NCBI GenBank assembly: GCA_051117555.1
Contig: JBNPEG010000229.1
Coordinates: 39,714 to 59,892, forward strand
From: Elainellaceae cyanobacterium
Lineage (GTDB): Bacteria > Cyanobacteriota > Cyanobacteriia > CAZCXK01
Reading direction: 5' to 3'
Length of the DNA: 20,179 nt
Positions 1 through 8,976 of the stretch are shown here, piece by piece. Each line of letters opens with the position of its first letter. The stretch's first letter is position 1. The notes beneath the pieces were generated by a model that saw only the letters and a program-made list of their open reading frames with translations, had not been told where the DNA came from and made no database searches. The position numbers were made by a program, and so were the translations under genes.

Positions 1-71
1 GGCATGGCTGCTGACCATCAGGGTTCATCCAGGGTTCATCATCATCGTGATAGACACGTTCTACGATGCTT

Positions 72-950
72 TTATTCAACTGACGATCCAAATCGGTTGG
101 CGGGCATTCCTCGCATCGATACATCCAGACAAAACAAATCTCCAGAATAAAAGCTTTGCTGAATCTCCACTTCACTGAGCCCGACCGATGCGCTGGCGAT
201 ATAAAGCTGTTGATAATTTGCGCCGCCAAACGTGCATGAGGTTGGACGCTGCACAGGCATCTCGATTCGCTCCATTTCCTTCCCAGTGGGATCAAACCGA
301 ATCACGCACCACCCGTCCCACATGGCAGACCAGATGCATCCGTCTGCATCAATGGTTAAGCCATCGGGGGCAAACGCTTCAGCAGATAGATCGATGAGAG
401 GACGCGGATTCACAATGGCGCCATTCTCTAGATCAAAATCGTAGGCAAAAACAGTTTGTATTCGGGAGTCTGTGAGATAGAAGACGTGATGGTCAGGACT
501 CCACCCTAATCCGTTTGAGATGCCCAAGCCAGTTGCCATGGTGTGCAGTGAACCATCAGGGTCATAGCGGTAGAGACTGCCTTGCTTTCCTTCGAGACAC
601 ATTGAGCCAAACCAAAACCGACCCGCCGCATCGCACTTGCCGTCATTAAACCGATTGTCAGGCAAATGTTCTTCGAGACGGGTGACTGGCGTGATATGCC
701 CCGTTGAGAGATCTAGAAACGCGATCTGTTTACGCTGCACCATAATGAGGCGATCGCCATGCGTCAGGGCAATTGCCCCGACCACTTCACCCACATCCCA
801 AATGCGATCGCCACCCGTTTGAGGATTAAACTGATGCACGCGATGATTATAAATGTCTACCCAATAGAGCACTCCGGCGTGGTCGTCCCAAATCGGGCCT
901 TCACCTAGCCGTGCCCGTGCTGTCAACACATTGCGAACTGTCTTAGACAT
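72..950 (-). CDS. SMP-30/gluconolactonase/LRE family protein (sugar lactone lactonase-like beta-propeller)
   Basis: 292 aa with the family motifs LGEGPIWD, RFNDGKCD, ISNGLGWSPD, PDGLTIDADG and PTSCTFGG. Confidence 0.93.
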   Translation of the reverse strand: MSKTVRNVLTARARLGEGPIWDDHAGVLYWVDIYNHRVHQFNPQTGGDRIWDVGEVVGAIALTHGDRLIMVQRKQIAFLDLSTGHITPVTRLEEHLPDNRFNDGKCDAAGRFWFGSMCLEGKQGSLYRYDPDGSLHTMATGLGISNGLGWSPDHHVFYLTDSRIQTVFAYDFDLENGAIVNPRPLIDLSAEAFAPDGLTIDADGCIWSAMWDGWCVIRFDPTGKEMERIEMPVQRPTSCTFGGANYQQLYIASASVGLSEVEIQQSFYSGDLFCLDVSMRGMPANRFGSSVE

Positions 951-1199
951 AACCTTAGAACGAAAGAACGAATCTCAGCATCATGCAGGTTCGCTCAAAG
1001 CGTAGCAGATTCAACCCGCCCATGAATCATGTCCCCGTCTCACCCCGTTGCCCCATCACTTCACGCCTCTTCCATCACACTGACGATAGCAAAGCGCCTC
1101 ACACCAAATCCCCCGCTTCCGACAACGCCTGTCGCCATCTGAGTCACCATCTGATTTAGGATGATGAAAGGATTAACCAAAACTCGATCGTTTGCGCTG

Positions 1200-1697
1200 A
1201 TGACACCACGATTTGCACACCCAATGGCGTGGCAACAGGCTGAATTGCTCATGCAGCCTACATTTATTCGCATCATTGACAACATTCGTAAACAGTTAGA
1301 AACGTCGTCGTGGCGAGGGACCTATCACGACGTGCAACGTTGGCCCCAGGGTACAACTGACGAGCAGAAGGCAAAAGTTTCTCAGTATCAGCGGGCGCTC
1401 AAAACGGCTCCGCCGGAACAAATTGAAATCCTGCATCGCGCGCTGGATCAACTGCCTCGGCCTTATCCTGGCTATGAGCTACACCTAACTCATGATAACC
1501 ACGCCATTGAGGTTGATTTGTGGCAACTGTGCTATCAGGTCTGCTTTTACGAGTTTTCGCCTGCCAATGCCGACGGCAGTAAACCGGTTGAAGTCGACAC
1601 CCATTTGATTGACGAAACGGGTGATGTCGATTGGCATCATCTAGATGAAAAAGCAAAACATACCGTCGGACAGGTATTTGAAAATTTGCCAAGTTGA
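1200..1697 (+). CDS. Conserved cyanobacterial hypothetical protein
   Basis: The ORF track gives 1161..1697. The internal ATG at 1200 (MTPRFAHPMAWQQAELLMQP...IRIIDNIRKQLE) looks like the more natural start. The protein is globular-looking and ends 14 bp before the likely start of the next gene. Confidence 0.75.
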   Translation: MTPRFAHPMAWQQAELLMQPTFIRIIDNIRKQLETSSWRGTYHDVQRWPQGTTDEQKAKVSQYQRALKTAPPEQIEILHRALDQLPRPYPGYELHLTHDNHAIEVDLWQLCYQVCFYEFSPANADGSKPVEVDTHLIDETGDVDWHHLDEKAKHTVGQVFENLPS

Positions 1698-1711
1698 GAG
1701 TGAGAATTTTG

Positions 1712-2770
1712 ATGAATCAAGCCTTGAGGGAGTTACAAACCGCAGCAGGAGCAACATTCATGGCGATCGCCAACCACGAAGTTCCCGCTAGTTTTGGCAA
1801 TGACCATGCGGCAGTGGAGGCGGCTCGGTCGGGTGTAGCCTTGTGCGATCGCTCTCACTGGGGGCTGATCGAAGTAGCTGATGCAGACCGACTGAGGTTT
1901 TTGCATAACCAGAGCACTAACGACTTCATGACGCTGACGCCTGGACAGGGATGCAATACCGTATTTGTTACCTCAACGGCTCGCACCCTCGATTTGGTCA
2001 GTGCGTATGCGCTAGACGATGCCGTATGGTTGCTTACTCATCCCACCCGTTGCCAAACCCTAATGGAATGGATGGATCGATATATTTTCTTTTCGGACAA
2101 AGTTCAGCTCAAGAATCTCACCGATACGACGGTGACGTTAAGCCTCATCGGACCCAAGAGCGATGATCTGCTCCACACACTTGGCGCGGCGTCCATCGTG
2201 GGTCAACCTAATGCTAGCCATGATGGTGTTCAAATCAATGATGTAGAGGTTCGAATCGCAGTTGGTAGTGGCTTAGCGACTCCCGGATACACGCTCATTG
2301 CCGATGCAGAACAGGGCGTCCTCCTTTGGCGATCGCTCACTGAGGCAGGCGCAGTGCCGATGGGAGAAACGGTTTGGGAACGGCTGCGAACCGAACAGGG
2401 TCGCCCCATCCCTGAGCGAGAACTCACAGAAGACTATAATCCTCTAGAAGCGGGACTTTGGACGGCGATCTCCTTCAACAAAGGCTGCTACATTGGGCAA
2501 GAAACGATCGCCCGTCTTGATACCTACAAAGGCGTTAAACAGCAGCTTTGGGGCATCAGGCTAGATCACACCGTTGAACCCGGTACCGTCATCACGGTTG
2601 GAGACGACAAAGTGGGTGTTCTGACTAGCATTACCCCGACGGATGATGGCGTATTTGGGCTTGCCTACATTCGCACCAAAGCAGGCGGTGCAGGCTTGGA
2701 TGTTCAAGTTGGAGATAGTAAAGGGACCGTAGTCGATATTCCGTTCGTGACTCGCGATCGCCATCGATAG
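1712..2770 (+). CDS. ygfZ: YgfZ/GcvT-family folate-binding protein (Fe-S cluster/tRNA-modification associated)
   Basis: Carries the YgfZ signature KGCYIGQE and a GcvT-like N-terminus (DRSHWGLIEV, DRLRFLHNQSTND). The likely start is the ATG at 1712; the track start is TTG 1694. Confidence 0.88.
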   Translation: MNQALRELQTAAGATFMAIANHEVPASFGNDHAAVEAARSGVALCDRSHWGLIEVADADRLRFLHNQSTNDFMTLTPGQGCNTVFVTSTARTLDLVSAYALDDAVWLLTHPTRCQTLMEWMDRYIFFSDKVQLKNLTDTTVTLSLIGPKSDDLLHTLGAASIVGQPNASHDGVQINDVEVRIAVGSGLATPGYTLIADAEQGVLLWRSLTEAGAVPMGETVWERLRTEQGRPIPERELTEDYNPLEAGLWTAISFNKGCYIGQETIARLDTYKGVKQQLWGIRLDHTVEPGTVITVGDDKVGVLTSITPTDDGVFGLAYIRTKAGGAGLDVQVGDSKGTVVDIPFVTRDRHR

Positions 2771-2791
2771 GTCGCATGAGGAAGGCTTTCT

Positions 2792-3496
2792 ATGACGATC
2801 AGCGTTGCTCGATGGAGATTCAGGATTATAGGAATAGGGATACTTGTTGGCGTCCTTGTGTCGTCAACAAGCGGTGCGTCTCCCTCGGCTGAGGAATATC
2901 GACAACGCGGATTGGCGTTACGCCAGCAAGGACGTTTTGATGAGGCGATCGCTACCCTTGAAAAATCGGTCAGCCTTGCTCCGGATCACATCTCTGGGCA
3001 CGTCATCCTCGGCTGGACGCAGCACCTTGCTGGACACGATGACGCAGCCACGGATACGTTGGTTCAAGCTTTCTACACCGATCCCTTTGCCGTTCCGACT
3101 CTCAATGCATTAGGAATTGTCTATCTCACGAGCGACAAGCTGTCTCATGCCTTGACGACCCACCTATGGGCCGTAGTTCTTCATCCTGAGAATGAAATTG
3201 CCTACTTCAATCTCAGCTTGGCTCAACATCGTTTAGGCTATTACGACTGGGCGATCGCCACTGCCACCAAAGCAGCAGAACTCGAACCCGATAATCCCCA
3301 TCCGTTTATTGCCAAGGCGATCGCCCATTACAGTGCTGGAGCGATCGATTTGGCTCAAGAGGAATACCAACGGGCGATCGCTCTCAGACCGTGGTTTGCC
3401 AGCGGAGCGATCGAGCTTGATTTGGAAAATGCCGCGTTTAATCCAGCGCAGGTCAAATTAGCGAAAGAAATTCAGAGTGACGTGAACCAGCCATAA
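2792..3496 (+). CDS. Tetratricopeptide-repeat protein with N-terminal signal/membrane anchor
   Basis: A basic-then-hydrophobic N-terminus followed by several TPR-like units (YRQRGLALRQQGRFDEAIATLEKSVSLAPD; AYFNLSLAQHRLGYYDWAIATATKAAELEPDN). GAGGAAG lies upstream of the ATG. Confidence 0.85.
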   Translation: MTISVARWRFRIIGIGILVGVLVSSTSGASPSAEEYRQRGLALRQQGRFDEAIATLEKSVSLAPDHISGHVILGWTQHLAGHDDAATDTLVQAFYTDPFAVPTLNALGIVYLTSDKLSHALTTHLWAVVLHPENEIAYFNLSLAQHRLGYYDWAIATATKAAELEPDNPHPFIAKAIAHYSAGAIDLAQEEYQRAIALRPWFASGAIELDLENAAFNPAQVKLAKEIQSDVNQP

Positions 3497-3517
3497 TACA
3501 GGGTCAGGGGATTAGTT

Positions 3518-5266
3518 TCATTGCAACACTTCTTCCAGTTTGTGCTGCTCCCATAGTTCCAGATATAACCCACCCTGCTCTAGTAATTCAGTATGGGTGC
3601 CGATTTGAACAATGCGCCCCTGATCCATTACAAAAATTCGATTCGCAGTTGCAGCCGCCGACATTTGGTGAGAAATGAAGATGACGGTCTTCTGCTGAGT
3701 GCCCGATGAGAGGTTGTGCAAAATTGCTGTCGCGGTTTGATTGTCTACGCTGGAGAGCGAGTCGTCAAGAATCAAAATCGATGCATCCACTAGCAACGCA
3801 CGGGCTAGCGCAGTTCGCTGACGTTGCCCACCTGAAAGCGTAATGCCGCGCTCACCCACGATGGTTTTATACTGCTTTGGAAAATTTATAATCTCAGAGT
3901 CTATCTGAGCTTCTTTCGCCGCATATTCAACATCGGGCTGTTCTGCCAACGGATTTCCATAGCGAATGTTGTTTCGGATTGTCGTGCTGAATAGGAAGCT
4001 ATCTTGCGGAACATAGGCGATCGCTCGTCGCAAATCTTGAACTCGCAATTGAGTCACATCGTACTCGTCTACATAAAGTCGATTAGAGTCAATATCCAGC
4101 AATCGTGGAATCGCATTGGCTAGGGTTGATTTCCCTGAACCAATCGGTCCCACGACGGCAATTGTTTCACCGGGTTCGATGCAGAAACTCACGTGATCCA
4201 GCGCAGGAGTTTCTGTCCCTGGATAGGTAAACGTCAGATTTTTAGCCTTGAGCTGCCCCTTAAGGGCATCTGGGGAAACGGAGATCGCATTTGCTGCATC
4301 TCGAATTTTGGGCTCGACCGTGAGAATCGCTTCAATCCGATCGATACTTACCTCGCCTCGCTGATAGGCCGTGATTGTAAACCCAAGCAGAGCCGTAGGA
4401 AATACGAGCTGTTCAACATAGAGCAGCAGCGCAATAAAATCACCGACGCTAATCTGGCCGCTGGCGATCGCCCCTGATCCAAGAGCCAAAATCACCAACA
4501 GACTAATGCTCGCTAAGCCACCCAATAATGGGAATAGGGTGTTTCGGGTTTTCCCTAACCGTAAATTTGCTGATAGAAGCTGGTTGTTAAGCTGCCGAAA
4601 GGCGCGACGCTCATTATTTTCCTGAGCGTAGATTTTGATCAGCGACATGCCGCTCATATCTTCTTGAATGAGGTCGCTAAGATTCGCGTTCTCTTGTTGG
4701 ACGGTGAGCTGCTCATTACGGAGGCGATCGCTAAATAGCCGCACCAACACCAGCATGACCGGATATATCAAAATCGCAGCCAGTGTCAGCCGCGCACTGA
4801 TACCCAACATCACCGGCAATCGCAGCGCATAGGCAAAAATGGTGTTTGCCAAACTCAACACCGCAAACCCTAACAACCGTCGAATATTATCAACATCACT
4901 GGTGGCGCGACTGATAAGCTCCCCAGCAGTATGCCGAGAGAAATAAGCAGGCTCCAACGTTAACAAGTGATTAAAAATCTTCTGCTTTAAGTCAAACTCA
5001 ACCTGGCGACCGACTCCAAACAAGAGAATCCGAGACCGCATCCGCACAAACCACATCACGGATGCCAACACAATCACCAAAACTGAACGATAGATGACCT
5101 GACTGAGATCAAACGCGACCTGAAGCTCATCAACCCCATTCCGAATCACGAGGGGAATGTAAACGGCCAGACCATTCACCACCAGCAGTGACAAAATGCC
5201 CAGAGCAGTCTGACGCCAATGTGGGCGGATATAGGTCGCCAGTTTTTTTAATTGAGAACGAGCCAT
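3518..5266 (-). CDS. ABC transporter, fused permease/ATP-binding subunit (MdlA/MsbA-like exporter)
   Basis: N-terminal multi-TM domain, Walker A GPIGSGKST, Q-loop YVPQD, signature LSGGQRQR, Walker B ILILDD and H-loop ISH. Confidence 0.95.
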   Translation of the reverse strand: MARSQLKKLATYIRPHWRQTALGILSLLVVNGLAVYIPLVIRNGVDELQVAFDLSQVIYRSVLVIVLASVMWFVRMRSRILLFGVGRQVEFDLKQKIFNHLLTLEPAYFSRHTAGELISRATSDVDNIRRLLGFAVLSLANTIFAYALRLPVMLGISARLTLAAILIYPVMLVLVRLFSDRLRNEQLTVQQENANLSDLIQEDMSGMSLIKIYAQENNERRAFRQLNNQLLSANLRLGKTRNTLFPLLGGLASISLLVILALGSGAIASGQISVGDFIALLLYVEQLVFPTALLGFTITAYQRGEVSIDRIEAILTVEPKIRDAANAISVSPDALKGQLKAKNLTFTYPGTETPALDHVSFCIEPGETIAVVGPIGSGKSTLANAIPRLLDIDSNRLYVDEYDVTQLRVQDLRRAIAYVPQDSFLFSTTIRNNIRYGNPLAEQPDVEYAAKEAQIDSEIINFPKQYKTIVGERGITLSGGQRQRTALARALLVDASILILDDSLSSVDNQTATAILHNLSSGTQQKTVIFISHQMSAAATANRIFVMDQGRIVQIGTHTELLEQGGLYLELWEQHKLEEVLQ

Positions 5267-5369
5267 GCCTTTAAATTTGCCATAGTGACTAGAGCCCCCA
5301 CCCCATAATCAGAGTCTACACGTCCAGCGTGTGAGCGATTAGGGATGATCCTAGCTAACCATGTCTAGT

Positions 5370-6398
5370 CTAGAAACTCATGGGATCAATTAGCCAGCCG
5401 CGCAAGAAATAATAGAGCGTTGCCAAATATTCTTCAACCAGTCGTGTGGTTAACGTCAATGCCTCTACGCTCGGAATAATATCGGTAATCTCCAACGGGA
5501 ACCTCTCAGTGGCTTGTAGCTGAAATGCGGGTAGATCTGTGGCTCTAGGAATCACCCGCATCCCTAATTTGGCAAACGTGGCGCTTGCCCGTCGAATGGT
5601 CGTCGCTGAAGAAATTAAGATAGTGTCTCCCCCCCGTTGCAGGCTAGCCACCGCTACCGCGCTACCCCGCAGATTTCGAGGTCCGGTTTCAACACGAACT
5701 CGACTCGGCGGAACTCCCAACATCCCAAGCTGATTCTGGATTGCCGCGGTCAATGCGAGTTCATCCTCAATCCACGCCGGAGGCGGGCCCGTCACCACTA
5801 CAACCAGCGGGTCATTAGTTTGAATCTCTGGCAGTCGATAGAGCCGAGCTGCTTCTTGGAGGCGATCGCGAAAACTGCTACTCAAGCCATCATCAATATT
5901 GGCAAAACGGCTCTGAAGCCGATAAGCAGGTTCAGATGGAGTCACAGTGTCGCCCAACGCCACAATGGTTTGAACATCTTCAAACCGAGCCGCTGTTACA
6001 GACGGATTGCCTGTCAGCACGTCAAATTCGAATGTCGGCTGCTCCGTACGTTCGGTTAGCCAGTAAGCAGCGATCGGGGTGAGTGGCAAACTCGATATGA
6101 GCAATATCAGAAATGCGGTTAATACAAGCCCCCCTTTAACATTTTTAGCCCCCTCTCGGAGGGCAAACCCTAATAAAACTAGCGTTAACCCCAATGGTTT
6201 AAGCGGCCACGCTAATAAATTCCAGATGGGCTCAATAATTTGATCTTCTGGGAACAAGAATGCCGCAATGACAAGCCCTAATAAGAATAACCCGCCCAGC
6301 CACGTGAGATATGCCTTAGGAATCAACTCTAGCAAGACATATCTTACGAGGATGATGAGGAACACCACCAAGATGATGCGGGTTACAACAACAAACAT
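5370..6398 (-). CDS. YdcF/DUF218 (ElyC/SanA-like) membrane protein
   Basis: Several N-terminal TM segments, then IVALG, DRLQEAARLY, VVVVTG and ILISSATTIRRA..F.KLG..VIP.ATD, resembling DUF218 motifs. SD-like AAGGA lies upstream of the ATG. Confidence 0.72.
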   Translation of the reverse strand: MFVVVTRIILVVFLIILVRYVLLELIPKAYLTWLGGLFLLGLVIAAFLFPEDQIIEPIWNLLAWPLKPLGLTLVLLGFALREGAKNVKGGLVLTAFLILLISSLPLTPIAAYWLTERTEQPTFEFDVLTGNPSVTAARFEDVQTIVALGDTVTPSEPAYRLQSRFANIDDGLSSSFRDRLQEAARLYRLPEIQTNDPLVVVVTGPPPAWIEDELALTAAIQNQLGMLGVPPSRVRVETGPRNLRGSAVAVASLQRGGDTILISSATTIRRASATFAKLGMRVIPRATDLPAFQLQATERFPLEITDIIPSVEALTLTTRLVEEYLATLYYFLRGWLIDPMSF

Positions 6399-6471
6399 GC
6401 GCTTTCCTTACGCCACCCTTATGTTGAAAAGAATAAAAATCGTTACCTTAGCAAACTAGCTAAAACCGATA

Positions 6472-6563
6472 TATAGCGATCCTAAATCGCTTATGAATTG
6501 TGTGTGAGCGGTGGGACGGGCGGCGCCCGCCCCACCGCTCACACCCCATCTGGGATTGCTATA
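6472..6563. mobile_element. MITE-like palindromic element, copy 1 (92 bp)
   Basis: Imperfect terminal inverted repeat TATAGCGATCCTAAAT / ATCTGGGATTGCTATA (13/16) and a perfect 14-bp internal stem GTGTGAGCGGTGGG...CCCACCGCTCACAC. A related copy sits at 7026-7113. Confidence 0.75.
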
Positions 6564-6839
6564 AATCTGTTTGAGTTTATCAACTAGGACTCTTATATCA
6601 TCCCGATAAAATCAAGCACACCTTATGAGGTTATAGCTGCTAAACATCTAGCTCAAGTTAGCCTCTATAACTTTAGCCTCTGGGTATGAAAATATGGAAG
6701 TATGAATTTATTTCAAATGATGGAATCTTTTTAGAATTTCTTCTCAGGACATTTTTACCAGTTAATTCCAGTTAACGGTAGTCGCGCGTCATCATTTTTA
6801 TGGCAAATCAGATAGGCCAAATTAAATAAGTCAGAACAG

Positions 6840-6863
6840 CACACTAATTTACACACTAATTTA
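6840..6863. repeat. Perfect 12-bp tandem duplication CACACTAATTTA x2
   Basis: Read directly at 6840-6851 and 6852-6863. Confidence 0.85.
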
Positions 6864-7025
6864 AGTAACACAGTAGAGGCCCCTACCGTCAAACTTCTCG
6901 ATTTTCATTGAGATTATATGAAATTATAAAAATTTAAATTGATAGTCCCTCAAAACGATCATCGATTTTCCCAAAAGAGTATTTGAGAGAATGTTTGAAA
7001 AGAGTCTGACGATTAAAATCGTGAC

Positions 7026-7113
7026 TATAGCGATCCTAAATTGCTTGTGAATTGTGAGTGGTGGGGCGGACGGCGATCGCCCCACCACTCACGACCCATT
7101 TGGGATTGTTATA
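7026..7113. mobile_element. MITE-like palindromic element, copy 2 (88 bp)
   Basis: Termini TATAGCGATCCTAAAT...ATTTGGGATTGTTATA and a 15-bp internal stem GTGAGTGGTGGGGCG/CGCCCCACCACTCAC. Same orientation as copy 1. Confidence 0.75.
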
Positions 7114-7244
7114 CATAAACAAAGTCTGCATTTCACAAACGCCACGTAACACATACAGGAATTGAAAGGTGCATTAGGACAATCCGAATGACTGAAGCAA
7201 TGCAATAACAGGCGTTTATCTTCTGCTCTCTGCCTAACGAAAAT

Positions 7245-8477
7245 TCAATTCGTCATTTGAGCTGTTTGAATCAATCCCCACTTGCCACTCACTAACCAAT
7301 CTGAATCATGATGATTGAGCCAGTCAACCTGGCCGGGGGATAAGCCCGCAACGATTTCAGATTTTAGAGTGCGTAGTGCAACGACAGGCGTAGGAAAATA
7401 GCACACAATATCCTCGAAGCGCGTCGTAACAGTCCAGTGACAATCTCCTAACAGCCGCCGATAGTTTGCATCGCCTTTCATGATGGTGAGGTGGGTTCCG
7501 TGCAATTCGTGGCGCAGGAGCGTTGGCATTTCCCAACCCACGAGAGGAGAAATCCAACACCAGGCATCGCGAAGTTGGAGCCGATCGCTCGCGATATTAT
7601 GTTTGAGTCGTCGTTCGAGCGATCGCACGGTTGCATCACTATCAGCTTCTAGAGCAGCGAGGGTGAAATATACATCTTCGACTGTGGCATCTGAAACAAA
7701 GGTGGGATGAGCCTTGAGATGAAGGACAATAGTCTCAACTCCTTTTTGAAGCAGCAGGTCAGCTAAACACAAATCAGAAATCAGTTCGAGTCCGGCGTTA
7801 TCAGCAACGATGTCGATTCGTTGAACGCCCCGACTCAGCCAATCGCCCACGGCAGAAACATGATTCACAAGTATATGGTCTTGCTTGAGCTGAGCTTCGA
7901 CGTCTTGAGCCGATGGATCAGCGCTGGGATTGAGGCTTAGGTCAGCTTGGTTTCCCCAGAGTGCGGCGTAGAGAAAAAACTGGAGGCGATCGCCCTCAAA
8001 TCCTTCGTCTGCTAAAACTTTGCTCATGGCTCTGGTCGCATTCATCGCCTGATTTAATCCTGCTCGTTTCTGACTCGCGAACGGATCAACGGCTTGGGTT
8101 GGTGAGGGCTGAAAATAGTGCGTGGCTTCCAGAATCCGTCGATAGAAATAAAACTCAGCAAAAAACCACGGCACATCCAGCCACGATTGTTCTAAATAGG
8201 GCTGGAGATACGTGTCCCAGGCTTCGGCATCGGGGCTATCCCGATCGTGGAGCGATCGCATTTCACCATCGGGTAGCTCAGTGATGAGCTGATCTAAACG
8301 CTCGACCACGTCTGGCAAAAAGTCATTTTCAGCAATCACCCGACGAACCACAGCGGGCCAGCGCTGCATTAGCGTGTAATGGGCAAAGGTGTTGGGTTCT
8401 GACATCAAAATCGGCAGAGGAACCGACAGCCGAGGATGTTGAAATTGAGTGACCGGAAAGCTACTTGATGCGGTCAT
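7245..8477 (-). CDS. Damage-control phosphatase, DUF89/ARMT1 family
   Basis: Motifs WFFAEFYFYRRI, ALWGNQADLS, DNAGLELISD, KAHPTFVSD, KGDANYRRL and LRTLKSE. Confidence 0.9.
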   Translation of the reverse strand: MTASSSFPVTQFQHPRLSVPLPILMSEPNTFAHYTLMQRWPAVVRRVIAENDFLPDVVERLDQLITELPDGEMRSLHDRDSPDAEAWDTYLQPYLEQSWLDVPWFFAEFYFYRRILEATHYFQPSPTQAVDPFASQKRAGLNQAMNATRAMSKVLADEGFEGDRLQFFLYAALWGNQADLSLNPSADPSAQDVEAQLKQDHILVNHVSAVGDWLSRGVQRIDIVADNAGLELISDLCLADLLLQKGVETIVLHLKAHPTFVSDATVEDVYFTLAALEADSDATVRSLERRLKHNIASDRLQLRDAWCWISPLVGWEMPTLLRHELHGTHLTIMKGDANYRRLLGDCHWTVTTRFEDIVCYFPTPVVALRTLKSEIVAGLSPGQVDWLNHHDSDWLVSGKWGLIQTAQMTN

Positions 8478-8528
8478 GAGCGATATCTCGTCAGCGGTGC
8501 GCTTTTATCCTACCGGGATTTGCCGATT

Positions 8529-8687
8529 TTAATCACCCATGCACCATGCCACCACAAGGGCAATCGCCCCGAGAATCAAGGTCGTAGGTGGCTCGATCCA
8601 ATTCAAGAATCGAATCGGAATAAACGCAAATATCTCCAATATGAGAATTGCAAATATCGCGCAAACCATGAGAGCAAGATAGTGCAT
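8529..8687 (-). CDS. Small hydrophobic membrane protein (52 aa), absent from the ORF track
   Basis: Manual translation gives MHYLALMVCAIFAILILEIFAFIPIRFLNWIEPPTTLILGAIALVVAWCMGD*, with two hydrophobic segments. The ATG lies 8 nt after the CPXCG stop, with GAGGAA just upstream, and the ORF fills the intergenic gap on the operon strand. Confidence 0.75.
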   Translation of the reverse strand: MHYLALMVCAIFAILILEIFAFIPIRFLNWIEPPTTLILGAIALVVAWCMGD

Positions 8688-8695
8688 TGTGCTAC

Positions 8696-8884
8696 TTATT
8701 CCTCGTAGTCGGTATCAATTTCAATATCTAGCGTGTCTTCGTCAATTCGAATATAGAGAATATTAGGACGACAACACACCTGACAATCCTCCCCATAAGA
8801 TTGCTGTCCGCCTGCACTCACGTCTATGAATGTCAGGTTTGGTTCACCGCAGTAAGCGCATGTATATTCAGCCGTGTTTTGCAT
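8696..8884 (-). CDS. CPXCG-motif cysteine-rich protein (small Zn-ribbon-like)
   Basis: 62 aa with CAYCGE...EDCQVCCRPN and an acidic C-terminus, typical of the family. Confidence 0.88.
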   Translation of the reverse strand: MQNTAEYTCAYCGEPNLTFIDVSAGGQQSYGEDCQVCCRPNILYIRIDEDTLDIEIDTDYEE

Positions 8885-8920
8885 GGATTTCAGGAGTGAT
8901 GTCGGATAGTCAGGATGTGA

Positions 8921-8976
8921 GATTTTGGATTTTGGATTTTAGATTTTGGATTTTAGATTTTAGATTTTGGATTTTG
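8921..8976. repeat. STRR-type heptamer tandem repeat GATTTT(G/A) x8
   Basis: Eight consecutive units that overlap the last codons and stop of the methyltransferase gene. Confidence 0.95.

Noticed and set aside
19..40. CAGGGTTCATC x2 tandem duplication
   Set aside because: Real but short, at the window edge, with no context to interpret it.
6686..6775. 29-aa ORF MKIWKYEFISNDGIFLEFLLRTFLPVNSS between the two MITEs
   Set aside because: No SD or distinguishing features, and an ORF this short is expected by chance.
8520..8708. 62-aa plus-strand ORF
   Set aside because: It is the antisense shadow of the 52-aa hydrophobic ORF on the operon strand.
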